NCBI GenBank assembly: GCA_030704615.1
Contig: CM060734.1
Coordinates: 43,896,001-43,960,000 of the forward strand
Direction: 5' to 3'
Source of the DNA: Takakia lepidozioides
Taxonomy: Eukaryota; Plantae; Bryophyta
Length of the DNA: 64,000 bases
The notes beneath the pieces are model-generated. The model had not been told where the DNA came from. It made no database searches and was given only the letters and a program-made list of their open reading frames with translations. The first letter of the stretch is position 1; each line of letters starts with the position of its first letter. Position numbers and translations under genes: made by a program. Positions 23,178 through 35,300 of this stretch are shown piece after piece.

Positions 23178-26100
23178 GTGCGACGCTTGTGTGTCCAACT
23201 GCTCCCTCAACTCTTATCCTGTGATTGATTCATAGAGCATTTTCAACACGGCCGGTTCTCTACATCCTCTCGTTATTCGTGGCTTGTTCAGATCTTTTGT
23301 TCTCAACCACCGTACCTTATTCTCGCGGCTGTAGCAAATGTCTGCTTTCATCCTCGCCCAGTTCACCATTCATGCACTATTTTGGGAAGAAAATAAGTTG
23401 GAAGTGCCGCAGTCTAAGTTCAACTGCTGCATTCTCGCACTTCTAAAGGTACATGTACTTGTTTAGCACGCTCCTTATTCACACGGCTCCAGTGGTTCTC
23501 CAGGTCCTGGAAAAAGTTACCAGGGATGCTCTGACCAAAACCCCGAAAGCAAATCTTTAGTCTGCTCAGTGCTCACTGCTGTTGGTTGATAAATATAATG
23601 GGATCCGCCTTACTCACCCTGGCACTCATGCACAACCACCTCGTATATTCAACGGTGAAGGAATACTATTTGTTGCCAATCTCATGAAGCTGATAGAGGC
23701 AAGGTTGCTTGCTTAAGCTGGCCACCGACCCTACTAGTTACACTTCGTGGCACCAAATACTTGTCTTGATGTGTCTACAATACGGGTCTGATGTTTAAAA
23801 CGTGCATTTTTGAGTATCATTTCTTGCCCATTCTCAAACGAAGATCAGGCAATAAATTAGTTGTAAGGCTAGCTCTCTTTGAGGGTTTAGAGTGGGGCAC
23901 CAAGTTGCCTCTGATCACTCTATGGGCAACAACTGGAAATATCCAAAACCGACCCAATTAAGTTCTGTATGTACAAGAGACCAGAATTTTAGTAAAATCT
24001 ATTCAGCAGTAGTTATGATTTTACTCATACTACTGGAAATTACTACTGCTGAATGAAACACGACTGTCACCCTCTCCCCCACAGAAAGAGGCCATATTTT
24101 CGGCCGGCAACCTTTTTCTGTCGAGTCTCATGTGCTGTTGCAGTGAACTCCACAACATACTCGCGGCGACACAGCACTCAGCTACTAAAATTAAAAGATA
24201 TCCTGGAGTGGAATTCCCAAAAATGGATACACTGTTTGCAGTGAACCTCCGAATATTGCCAGTTGATTTTTTATTCTGTACATAGATTGGACAGTTTCAG
24301 TAATTTTCGCTTATCACACTTATCTGAATCTGCACGCAGGTCTTGGAGGCCAGGCCCGTGTTGTTTTCCGTTGCTCCTCCGAATTGATTGACACTGCGTG
24401 GTGAGAAGTGATAGCAACAACCCAGTGAGCCATCAAAGAGTCATAACTGCACATAGGAAGTTAACTAAGAGTCAAGACCCCTTCTCCAATTCGTCCCTTC
24501 GAACTTCTCCGTTGACTTGTCGGTGATGTTGGAGTTTGTGACTACTACTTTTCTACTAGTCCTCACCGATTCACTCAAACCTCAGAACCGAATATCCTAC
24601 GGCCCCTGTGCACTAGCTACAAACTCTGTGACATGGAGATTGGAGAGCTGCTTTACAGTGCGCGCTGCAGGCTCCCTTTTGAATGGGTCCGCTCGGATGG
24701 CCCACTGTCACATGGGACACAAATGTGGGACAAAGCAGCCTAATAAAGTCCACAATAAACGACCCCACTACAATCATCACTACTCCCTTGGATACCACAT
24801 ATCATTTCATATTTGGGGACATGACCCCACTAATCCCTTAACCAAAGCTGGCTTTTCACTTTCATATAACTTTCTGTTTTTTCTCCGATGGAGGTAATGT
24901 AAAAAGATGAAATGTAGCCCTGAATCCCAGGTTTCCAACGACTCGTACAGTGCTGCCGTCGGATGATAACAAGATTTGTAATGAAGAGAAGGAATCCAAT
25001 GCTGCCCAGATCTGCATACGTGGCCCAGACTGGTTTAGGGTACCCCGCTCTGGCAGCCTCGCAGTGTGGCAGACAGCGGGTTATATGAGGTGGCCCCCCA
25101 ATACAGCGGGCGAGATAAGGCATGTTCTGGCAGAATCTGACCATCAGCGGTAAGCAGGGATTCTCCATCCAAGAAACCCTAATGAAATCGAGGAGATTGG
25201 ACCCACAACAGATGAATAAGCATTGATAGTTCATCTAAATCAGCTGAAATCCCATCTACAATCCGTGTGTACCTCTAGGTCCTTTGCCGAAGAACAAGAA
25301 AGAAGAAGAATCGATAGAAAAGAAAAACCATCCAACTTCAGTAATTATAATCTTGGAATCTGTGCGGTCAAACTTTCTGGAATTTCTACCACTGACAGAA
25401 TGTGTGAGTGGGTCCCATTTTGTACGGTCAGATTCGCTCGATTCCTGTTGGTTCGCAGATATGGAATTTTTAGTGGGCAGGTGCCAAGATTGTGGACTAG
25501 GGTTTGGGCGCTTCGAGACTTGAAGAAAGAATTCCCATCGCGATGCAGACGGACAGACATGAGGGCAGCGATGGCGTCACGGGGCCCACGCAATACGACA
25601 AACGGCCACCCACTGCGCCGTGCGTCAGGCGCATCACACCTGCCGCCGCCTGCCCGCCCTCGTGAGTCCAGGAAACCACTCCAAACTGAAACGCGTAGGT
25701 ACCGAGTGCAATTGGAGTATGTAATATGAGTCCTGATGAGCGCAAGCTTTTGGATTTAGCGTCCATTTCGATGGCATTTGGCAAGCTTTTCGCGTTTGGA
25801 CGACATCTGAGAGTTATGTATTAAGTTACTACTGCTGTTGGAGGGAGGGGAGCCTGGGGCCTTTCTCTTTTTCAGATCCGTGTTAGGTGTGTGTACAGAG
25901 GATCGCATATCTACTCAAGTTTGAACTTGGTTGTTTGCCAGATACCCATCCAGAGGTGAAAAGGAGACGGGTTTGATGTAGTGTACCTAGTGGAGTTTGC
26001 TAAATTGTGTAAGCAAATTTCATGTGAGATGGGTACCTGTAGTACATTCTCTTTGTCATCTAATAATAATGTGAGTGAACGTGTGTAATCGTGCAAGAAC

Positions 26101-26431
26101 GAGCAGGTGGAGAATGAATGTGTATGGCACGAGACATTGGCAAGTGAGATTCGAGAACATCACAGGTTCATGAGTTGGGATACTTTCATTCTGCACAGAA
26201 TTCGAAAACAAGTTAGCTGTAGCAGAAAATTCATAGACCACATGGCAAAGTCTCAAATTCTATATTTGAATCCTACCTTCTCGGGTTTATCTGGCTTTAG
26301 TTAGTAGACACATCCTTGCGCGAGTCCTGCATTTGGTGTGAGCTAATCCAACAGGAGTTTGAGAGCCTACAAACTACAGGTAGATTCCAACACAAGCTGT
26401 TTTGGAATGTTCAAAAGCTCAGGGTTCACAC

Positions 26432-27248
26432 CAGTGTTGTGCGGGTACCCGCTTAGGCGGGTTGGAACCGGCGGTTCCGGTTCCTGAGAACCGGTACTGG
26501 AACCGGAACCGGCGCCCAGGAACCAGAACCGGAACCGGGGAAGCAGAGACGAGCCGGTTCCAGAACCGGTACAGGGGAAGCAGGGACGAGCCGGTTCCAG
26601 AACCGGAACCGGGGGGTCAGTGGCGGATCCGGATCCGGTTCCCGAACTAGGGTTTTTTTTTTTTTTTTTTTTTCCCGCGATCTGTTGTCTCTTACCTCCA
26701 ATCTGCGCGAGCGCGGGGGAGGGAGCAGCGCCTCAGCGATGGGGGAGGCCGCAGCAGCACAGGAGCGTAGGCAGTGGGTTTCTTTTTTATTTATTTTTTA
26801 TTTTACACGTTGGATCGTCTCTGGGCTGGTGTGCTCTTCCATGAATGAGTTTTTGAACAGTGAGGAAGTCCACTTAGATGACAACGAGGAGTTGATTGCA
26901 GAGGCCGAGTTGTTTGAGATAGAATGATTTCTTTGTATTAATTTATACTCGCTTACATTGCGTTATTATTATTTCATAAATTTGTATATGAATGTTGTGT
27001 TGTTTCTTTTCAACATGGTCAAAATATTTGATATAACTAATGGGGATTCACAAATTATTTTCAGATTTATAAAAACCGATCAAAGATTTAATATATATTT
27101 TTAAATTCAAAAAATAGAGAACCGGAACCGGAAGCTGGAACCGGCAGTTCCTTCCCAAAAAATACCCGGAACCGGAACCGTCTCTTTAAATATACCAAGG
27201 AACCGGAACCGGAGGTTCCTTCAATATGGCAAGAACCGCACAACACTG
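26432..27248 (+). mobile_element. Non-autonomous hAT deletion derivative of the 16706-20911 family
   Basis: Perfect TIR CAGTGTTGTGCGG and perfect 8-bp TSD GTTCACAC. The left part matches 16706 onward; the right part matches ~20473-20911, including the last transposase codons. Confidence 0.95.
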
Positions 27249-28796
27249 GTTCACACCTAATAATAATTGAGTATGTCCCCCTTTAAATAGTCATTTTCAT
27301 TGTGGGGCTTTTCATTTAGTCAAACATTGGGGCACGTGAAACTACGTCGTGGATGGGAAATAACTTGGACCGAGATGATAGGTCCGTGAAGGTGCGGAAC
27401 AAATTCACATGAGATTCATGTTTAGACTCCAGTAGTAGATTACCTGACCGCACTTTCTTCAAATATTTCACTCAAGGTCAGAGAACAGTTGTATTCTAGC
27501 ATCTAATGTGCTCTTGGCAGGCTGCACGTGCACTAATCTGTCCATTACCACGCGCTTTACAAGATTTAGCGAGTTACAGAGTACATATTACACATCTCCT
27601 GTCGAGTTGACTGCAGCTTTCTCGATTACAAATTAATCCAACAAGAACAGGCCCACCGGCATGGCAGCCTTTGGCAGGCTGCTAAACTTGTCTAGAGACC
27701 GAAAACATAGATATCACACTCTCTCTTTTGCTGATCAACTGTTCACTATCAATGGCCTACCTCGTTGAACAACCAGACTTGGTGGTCTCCACGTTGTTGT
27801 TAGCTGTCACCAAGTTTAATGCATCCAAGTAGTCTCAATGGTGGGGCCCAGGGTAGAGTGTAACCTCCTGTTCGGAGAGGAGTTGTTGTATGATTTTCAG
27901 GAATCGTCCAGGAGCCAGCGGGGTGGACAAGGTTTTGTTCCAACAGCGGGTGAGCTAGGTGACCCACAACTAGCCGAGCGTCCTGAGTTGCACAGCCATA
28001 GTTACTTATTAGACTAAGTGCTAACTGTCTTGGTTGGGATGGTCTGTAACTACAGCAGTTGACTCCAAGTCCGGAGCATATCCCACCTGGCAGGTTCTGC
28101 AACAATCTTATTACATAAAGCTGCCTGATATCCGGTGAGATTGGCAACCGCAGGGTAGACTCAAATTTCCCACTGCCTGCCCCACGAGCGCGAATGAGCA
28201 GAGCTGAAAGGGCGAACAGGATTCCAGACGCCCAATAATAGCACTGGCAGATCTGACAGCAAAGGCCACATGCAAGCTAGGCCTGTTGACAAGGAGGCCT
28301 CTCCTACTTCAGGTTTGGATTTGTGGCATTTGCATATACATCAAGGTTGGAATCCGTCAACGGTGGTCGTCCACCAGCACATGAACCGGCCTTCTTCCGA
28401 ACGTTGTAGTCTCTCCTCACAGACTCCCCAGTCTGAGCTACTTTTCTGTGAGAAACCAAACCCTTCTGGAACAGATCTGCTGTAAGAGATAGGACACCAT
28501 CTCGTCGACATTGGCTACACTGTCTCCAGATTGAATCCCATTTAGACGATCAATTGTGAGAGACTGTCACCCATAAAGTGCATCAGCGAGACGAACTCGA
28601 GACGAACTGCGTCTGTGCTTAGAACCCACTCAGTCTCGCACATTGTATACAGTCAGCATCGCAGACGCAAAAAGCTAATTCCAACGCGGCACATGTTTGG
28701 CACCGATGTTTTGGGTTTGAGTGGTACATTGAACAAGCCTCTCTCCAGACTCCGATTCGTTGAGTTCAGTTCCTGTTTGAAGCCATTTTGAGGAAA

Positions 28797-29732
28797 ATGG
28801 GGGTTGTCATTGCATTCGAGGGCAGTGCAGGTCCTGTGACCCATGGGAAGAAGGATCATACTCGCCTGGGGCTTTCACACGTCTCCTCATATGGACTGGT
28901 GAGGAGGACACAAATCGGCGGAAGGGGTACTAACTTCTATAATGTGTGCACCATTTCTCTGCTGTTGTTCCTGTCTATCACCTGCTGTTCTGCCTGGACG
29001 TGCACTGAGAAATCGCTGAAGGCCCTCCGGTCCTTCAGAGAAGCTCTCGACGACCCGACCGGCAGCCTCTTTACAAGTTGGGATAACGGGGGAGAATACT
29101 GCTGCACATGGAGCGGGGTGACGTGCGAAGCTGGACTTGTGACAATGCTCGTCGTCGTTGGGCCCTCAAGCTCAAATGGTCAATTGACACAAAATACGAG
29201 CTACCATGGAAAGGCCCTGGGCCAGTCGCTAGTCAGTTTGAAGGACCTTCAAACGCTGAAACTCCAGTACATCCCAATCAACTCCGCGATTCCGTCAGAG
29301 TGGGGGTCGTTCTCTGACAGCATGACTTCCCTCACCGTAAACGACTGTGGTCTACAGGATTCAATCCCATCGAACATTGGAAACATAGAAAAGCTGCAGC
29401 ATCTGGACTTCCAGTCCAACAGTCTTTCAGGGTCCATACCCAGTAGTCTTTGCAAACTCAAAGATTTGAACTACTTAGATGTCTCGTACAATAATCTTGA
29501 CACCAGTTCTCTCCCTGATTGCATCCAAAATATTTCCACTGTGTCATATGGACATCAGGGGAGTAGTCCGAGTGGCGGGGGTGGGGGCGGTGGTGGTGGT
29601 GGTGGCGGCGGCGGCGGTAACGGAAATGGTAACGGAAATGGTGGAAGTAGTGCTGCTGCATCATTGGGTTGCCCTTCACTTCCCCAGATGATAGGAACTT
29701 TAGCTTTTCTGATTTTTCTAGTCAGTTGTTGA
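28797..29732 (+). CDS. Small extracellular LRR protein (LRRNT cap, about 4 LRRs, Gly-rich linker, hydrophobic C-terminus; possibly GPI-anchored)
   Basis: Signal-like ISLLLFLSITCCSA; ALRSFREALDDPTGSLFTSW..CCTWSGVTC; plant LRRs such as LQHLDFQSNSLSGSIPSSLCKL; poly-Gly/GN tract; terminal LAFLIFLVSC. Intronless. The start codon is uncertain. Confidence 0.85.
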   Translation: MGVVIAFEGSAGPVTHGKKDHTRLGLSHVSSYGLVRRTQIGGRGTNFYNVCTISLLLFLSITCCSAWTCTEKSLKALRSFREALDDPTGSLFTSWDNGGEYCCTWSGVTCEAGLVTMLVVVGPSSSNGQLTQNTSYHGKALGQSLVSLKDLQTLKLQYIPINSAIPSEWGSFSDSMTSLTVNDCGLQDSIPSNIGNIEKLQHLDFQSNSLSGSIPSSLCKLKDLNYLDVSYNNLDTSSLPDCIQNISTVSYGHQGSSPSGGGGGGGGGGGGGGGNGNGNGNGGSSAAASLGCPSLPQMIGTLAFLIFLVSC

Positions 29733-31129
29733 CATCGGATGATCTGCAGGCCATTCTTTTTCGCTCTCCCGCTATTTCTTTGATGTTGTTCATGCTTATC
29801 CACTGGTCTGGACAGGACGTGCAGTCCTGGCCGGCTATCTGAGCTACGTCGAAGTGGGGAATTCGCTGGCCTCGATCTCGATAGTCCGAGCAGAACAAAC
29901 CAGTGCACGCATCCCTCTGTCTCTTTTCAAATTCGTCCTTGAGGTCTTCATTTCCAAAGGCAAGATGTACTCTTCGAGGGATTTCCCCGACACTTCAATC
30001 CAGTCTGGACAGCCTCCAGACTCACACTTTGTACATTGCTAGATCAGTGAATTCTTCCGCCACTGCCATCTCTCGAGATTTAAAAGTCCAAGCCATTTTC
30101 CCGGAAACACAGAATTAGTTCGAACAACCATTGACAGTAGTTGCCAATCAGGGGTCAGACTAAATCCTTAGAGGCACAAAATCTCAAATGTTGTAAACAC
30201 TGGACGCGCAAATATTGCCTGGTGGTGGAGGTGATATATGCATATGAAGTATGAATCCGGTCCAGACATGTCTCAATTTTTGGAGGTCTGCTTTACTTGA
30301 GGGTAGCATCTCACGTCTGAGCATGTTCGGTGGTCACAGCTGAAATGCAGTACTGTAGACCGGTGTATGTTGTGTGTGTGTTCATGATGATGATCATGAA
30401 ATAAAGCTTTTTCCACGCGCAGTCTCATTCCTCAATTTTCTCTCTGATCACCCTTCACTCATGGGCTTGTATATGTAGTTTCGATGTAGATTAGATGATC
30501 TTAGAGAACAAATTTGTTTCTAGAAACTGAAGTTACCTCCATGGATGTGTCTCCTCGGGCTTACGGCCTCAACTCCAAAACGGATCTGAAGGCTTAAACA
30601 GCACTACTCGCATAAGTGACCCGACTGATCGACTTGTCTAGAGGCTGGTAGAATCCACAGTTGATAGATACAGCTGCAGGAGACAAGTCTGGCGGAAGAA
30701 TATGAGGAATGTTAGCCCATCGTGCCAATTTCCAGGTTCTAGAAATGCTAGTAGAATAGTTGATCTGATCACTGGCCGAAGGTTAAACCAATTCACACCA
30801 TATCGGAGCTTGCATCTGGGCAAGTTCTCCGACCGAAGTATTCTAGCTTGCGTGACAAGTCGATAATTACCCAATTCAAGAGAGTGATTACCGACGAAGT
30901 TAACAACATCCGCAACCAACAGCTTCAATTCGGAAGTGCTTGTGGCTTTTTCCACGAGGATTGGAATCGATGAGGGCACAATTACAGCACTCTACTTCAT
31001 CTCTTGCTGCCTCTCAGCATGCCCATGATTGCACGACAATCATGCAGCAGCTGTGTCCGAGAGCGGACAGCTTCAGACACCCGCGAAGTACCTGAGCTGA
31101 AGTTTGGAAGGTAACACTTCGGTACAAAC

Positions 31130-31635
31130 CAGTGTTGGTCTGGTATATAGGTGAAGGTCTGGTATAAAATACTGGTATATGCACTGGTATCAGATACTAG
31201 ACCAGTCTGGTATCATTTGGGAGAATACTTGGTCTTATACCATACCAGGCTGGTATCAGTTTTTTCATACCAGCCACAATACCAGTACTTCCCCGCCGTC
31301 TTCCTCATTTACTCTGGTATGTATACTATATTAGTTTATGTGTATATATGCCTACATACTTATATTTATGTATATTTATTTATTTATGTATATTTTATTT
31401 GTTTTCATTTGATACATGCTAGTGATAAAATTGTAATTCAAGATGGCTTTGGAATGATACCAGAATTGATATCTCGTACCAGCTGGTATTGTGGTCATGA
31501 TACTCATACTCATACCAGTATGTAGAGAATTATACATCCACCATTATATAGACCAGACTGGTATAATTTTTTTGTGATACGTCTGGTACCAGGACCAGTC
31601 TGGTATGTCCTAACCCTGATACCAGAACAACACTG
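31130..31635. mobile_element. hAT-type MITE (506 bp)
   Basis: TIR CAGTGTTGGTCTGGTAT / ATACCAGAACAACACTG, perfect 8-bp TSD GTACAAAC, many CTGGTAT/ATACCAG subterminal repeats and an AT-rich core. Confidence 0.92.
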
Positions 31636-32381
31636 GTACAAACGACAGATGACCTGCGTCATAAAGTAACATTCCTGAAAGCCCTTATGCCCTTGACCCT
31701 TATCTTCTTTTCATTCCAGGATCTATATCCCCCATGGTGAGAATTCTATTACCAGGTCGGTCTAAAATTTCTGCCACCTCACCGCTGTCCAAGGTAGGTA
31801 GATCACCAACCACTGTTCTGTCAGAATACAATCCCCTCCTCAAAGCCACTGGATCCCATTACTTCTGCCAGTCAAGGTTGAGCATGATCTGTCAGCAGAT
31901 GGGAAGGTGGGAGGGGCACAGTGGAAGTCCTTGCATAGGCACTGTGCTATACATGATGTGGCTGCCACCAATGGCAAACACTCTTCTCCATAGCTGCAAG
32001 AGGATTCACTAAGCCAGCACTGCCACTATATATGCCCATGTAGTCATGTCAGGCCTTGAGGGGCTCATCATCTCTCAGAAATGCATGTAGCACCATCTGA
32101 TTTTGTTGAAGAATCTAAGGGAAGGACAAAGCTTGAAGTGGTCAAGTGCTGCTGGTAATCACACACATATAAACTGAAATTGTAAAAAATGATTCAAGAC
32201 CTCAGAGGGTCATAACAGAGCTCTAGGCTTTGGCACCATGGCCAAAAAACCCCTCATCTAATCCATGGTGAATGGATCGACTTTCTGGTATAAATGAAAC
32301 AGAAAGGGACTTTTCTATTTTTGTGCTTACTGAAGAATAGTGTTAGATAATGCTAACCTGTAGGAAAGCATCTTCAAATCT

Positions 32382-35300
32382 TTAAAGCGGATTACAATCT
32401 TTTAAAGGGAAGCTTTTTTCCCTGGAGTAGAATTTTCGTGTGCGAATTGTGAACCATATACTGGCAGCTGCACTAATTGCACACATGAATCCAATCAACA
32501 ACAATGCAAATCCAAAGCAACGGCGGCCATAACAAGTGTTAGCTTCAATGCTTTTAAACTGTCTTTGGTACAATGCTGCCTCTCTGTCGTATAGGAGACC
32601 CACCACCTTGGCAGAGAATACATATGCTCCAATAGGTGGGAAAGCTCTGTTTGAAAGCCACCGAGAGGAAATTATTAGAGTTTTATCACAGTATTCAGGA
32701 TAAATCTCAACAGGATTGCATGTTTGTCAACATGTGGGTACCTTGCCTTCTCATGGCAAAACAAAGAAGAGAGCTAGACACAATGTGAAAGCTGGACAGG
32801 ATATAAAAAGAGGAAATATAGACTAAGATTAATCAACTGACAGAAAGAACTGCAGAAAAGAGACATTCAGGAAGTTTTTTGAGTGTGGGGGTCTTTCGTT
32901 TATCAAGGGGTCGTTACCAAAATCTTCAAAGCCAGTTGTGGGGTATTGTGCAACTTAGCTAGACTGAAGGGACCAACAACAAGCAGGAAAGGGAAATGGA
33001 TTTCTATGCCCCAAAGAACAAAGAGAAATAGGTTTAGACTTACGAGTTAATTTTGTAAAGAGTCGCAAAGTGTTGCAAACCAAAAACTTCAGCAAGAATG
33101 GGCGGAGTTAGGCTCCAATGAGAGCCATAAGCTAGGCCCACCATAGCTGATCCGACATAAAGTATTGGTACCCCTGCATTCACATGACCTCCGGTCAACA
33201 AAGTTATCTTCCACAACACCATATGAACACAAAGAAAACTGAATCATCAGAGGATACCAGAACCTTTTTGCTAATGATAACTGGAGTACACCTCATTGAT
33301 GACATTGAACCTGCACGTGATTCAAAGAGGGTTACTCTAGATGATGCAAGTTTACCACTTTTAAGACAGCAAACAGTCTGAGACATCAGATTGGGCAACC
33401 TTAGTCAAATTTGGACATTGAGGATGAGCCCAAAACAACGGTCAAAGGGGACAGTCTTACAGCCAGTAGCAAGCAGTAGGCAGCATGTGCACATAACGAC
33501 CTGCACTATGCACAAACAAATAGGTCTCGGATATCCCAGCTTCATCACCAAATCTGAGCCATATCTGCAATACGAGGACATTGCCATTTCCTTCAGAAAC
33601 AACCAAATAGAATGGCCCACATTATCTCATTCCCACCAACAGGAATAAACTGCTGAAAAGATAGACATGCTACAAAACTGATCCTAAGCAGTTTGAGAGT
33701 CGACTGTAGCTGGCAATTGCTAGACTTTGACATGGTTGCTGGGTCCCTTACTTCCCCTTTTGTCGTAAGTTTTTTCTCCTTCCACTGCCTTTCATATACA
33801 GACACAGTTCATCTGTCCAAAAGGGGCAATGGATGTATGGCCTCAAGGCCACTTCCAGCAAAATTCAATGAGATAAAATGCATTTCCTCAATGTGAGTCC
33901 AGGCACAATTATGGACATCTGGACGGACCAATTTCCACATAAAATAGTCTTCATATCTCACACAACCAGTTAATTGCTCCAAGCATCCAAACCAATATAA
34001 TATATCTCACACAACCAATGAGTTCTGTTGCCATTTTGCTGGACTCACCAGGGCATACTGAGGTGCGACATAGAAGGAGAACTACATGGTCTCCTGAATC
34101 TCTCTACCTAGTCTCCCTACCCAAAACACTCTGGCCTAAGGATAGGGACAGAAACGAATACCCAGCAACAAGGCGGCCGAAGCAGCTCCAGATGCTAATA
34201 AGCCCAACATATACATCGACCGAATTGTCTCCTACTGCCTCCCCAATCTGCCCTTACATGTGTTAGAAGGAAGAGAGAACAAAAGAGAAGTGCTTGAAGA
34301 GAATATGCACTTACATTAGTACTATTTAGTGCGTCTTACAAGTGGTCGTGGGTAAAAGGGGTACCTGGGTCAACCGGTTACTTAAAGTGTGGGTACCTGG
34401 GGACTTCAGAGTCCTTGGGAGAGGGTTGGGCATGTTGCCTCCGTTACTGCCGTCAGGAAGGTGTTCCTAACGGAAGGCAGTAGCCCTTTGGGGTGAAGAG
34501 ACATCATAAGTTACACTTGCGTCGGCAAGAGGCTCCTTCCTTCTTTTGTTTTAATATTTGGTGCCGTGTGAATGGAGAAGGGGAAAAGAATGTACTCAAA
34601 AGATGTTGTTTGCCGTAGCATTGTGGCCATAGACCCGAGAAAACGGAACGAGTAGAACCTGGAGGCACCTCGATCTCCAAAGACTTCATATGGACAAGTC
34701 ATAATACGTAATATGCAAGCAGGGTTGATGCGTCATCTGAATTTCCACTGTAGAGGTCTACTAGAGCATTCTATGTCTTGCAGGAACATATATCATATGC
34801 TTCCAAAGTTTCATCTGGCAAGCCAGTGATGAAATTCTGAATGTGTAAACCCAAGAAAGTGTCATGGCACAAAAGGAAGCCAAATTATCTTGAAAGCTAC
34901 CCACAACCAAACTTGCGATTGAGTATCACGAACTTTTTGAGCAACCAATAGCACTTCCAAGTAGTAATACCAAATTGAGTCCAACATAGGAGTCAAAACA
35001 CTTTGCCAATTTCCGTGAGACTACATATTTAGCATACACCACCAATTTTCAAAGTCAGCCGTTTTATAGTCAACGTCTCAAAATCATCAACTATTAACTC
35101 ACCTGAGCAAAGTTGTTGATGATTGCAAGCCCAGTGCCACCCCCAATTAGTAACACCAGTGTCACCAACCTGCATTGACAAGGCATGAGTTCAATGCTGG
35201 GTCCAGTAATTACCCAGTCCAAAAGCGAACAACTTCTGCATTACCCTAGTTTCTATCCACAGAAAAGTTGTTGACATTAGTCAGCACAATCAGTGTGCAA

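Noticed and set aside
25223-25729. 168-aa ORF in a GC-rich patch
   Set aside because: No recognisable domain or supporting exons; may be a chance ORF or a promoter remnant.
34261-34710. Possible solo LTR in an MFS intron (starts TGTTAG)
   Set aside because: No matching CA terminus or 5-bp TSD could be identified.
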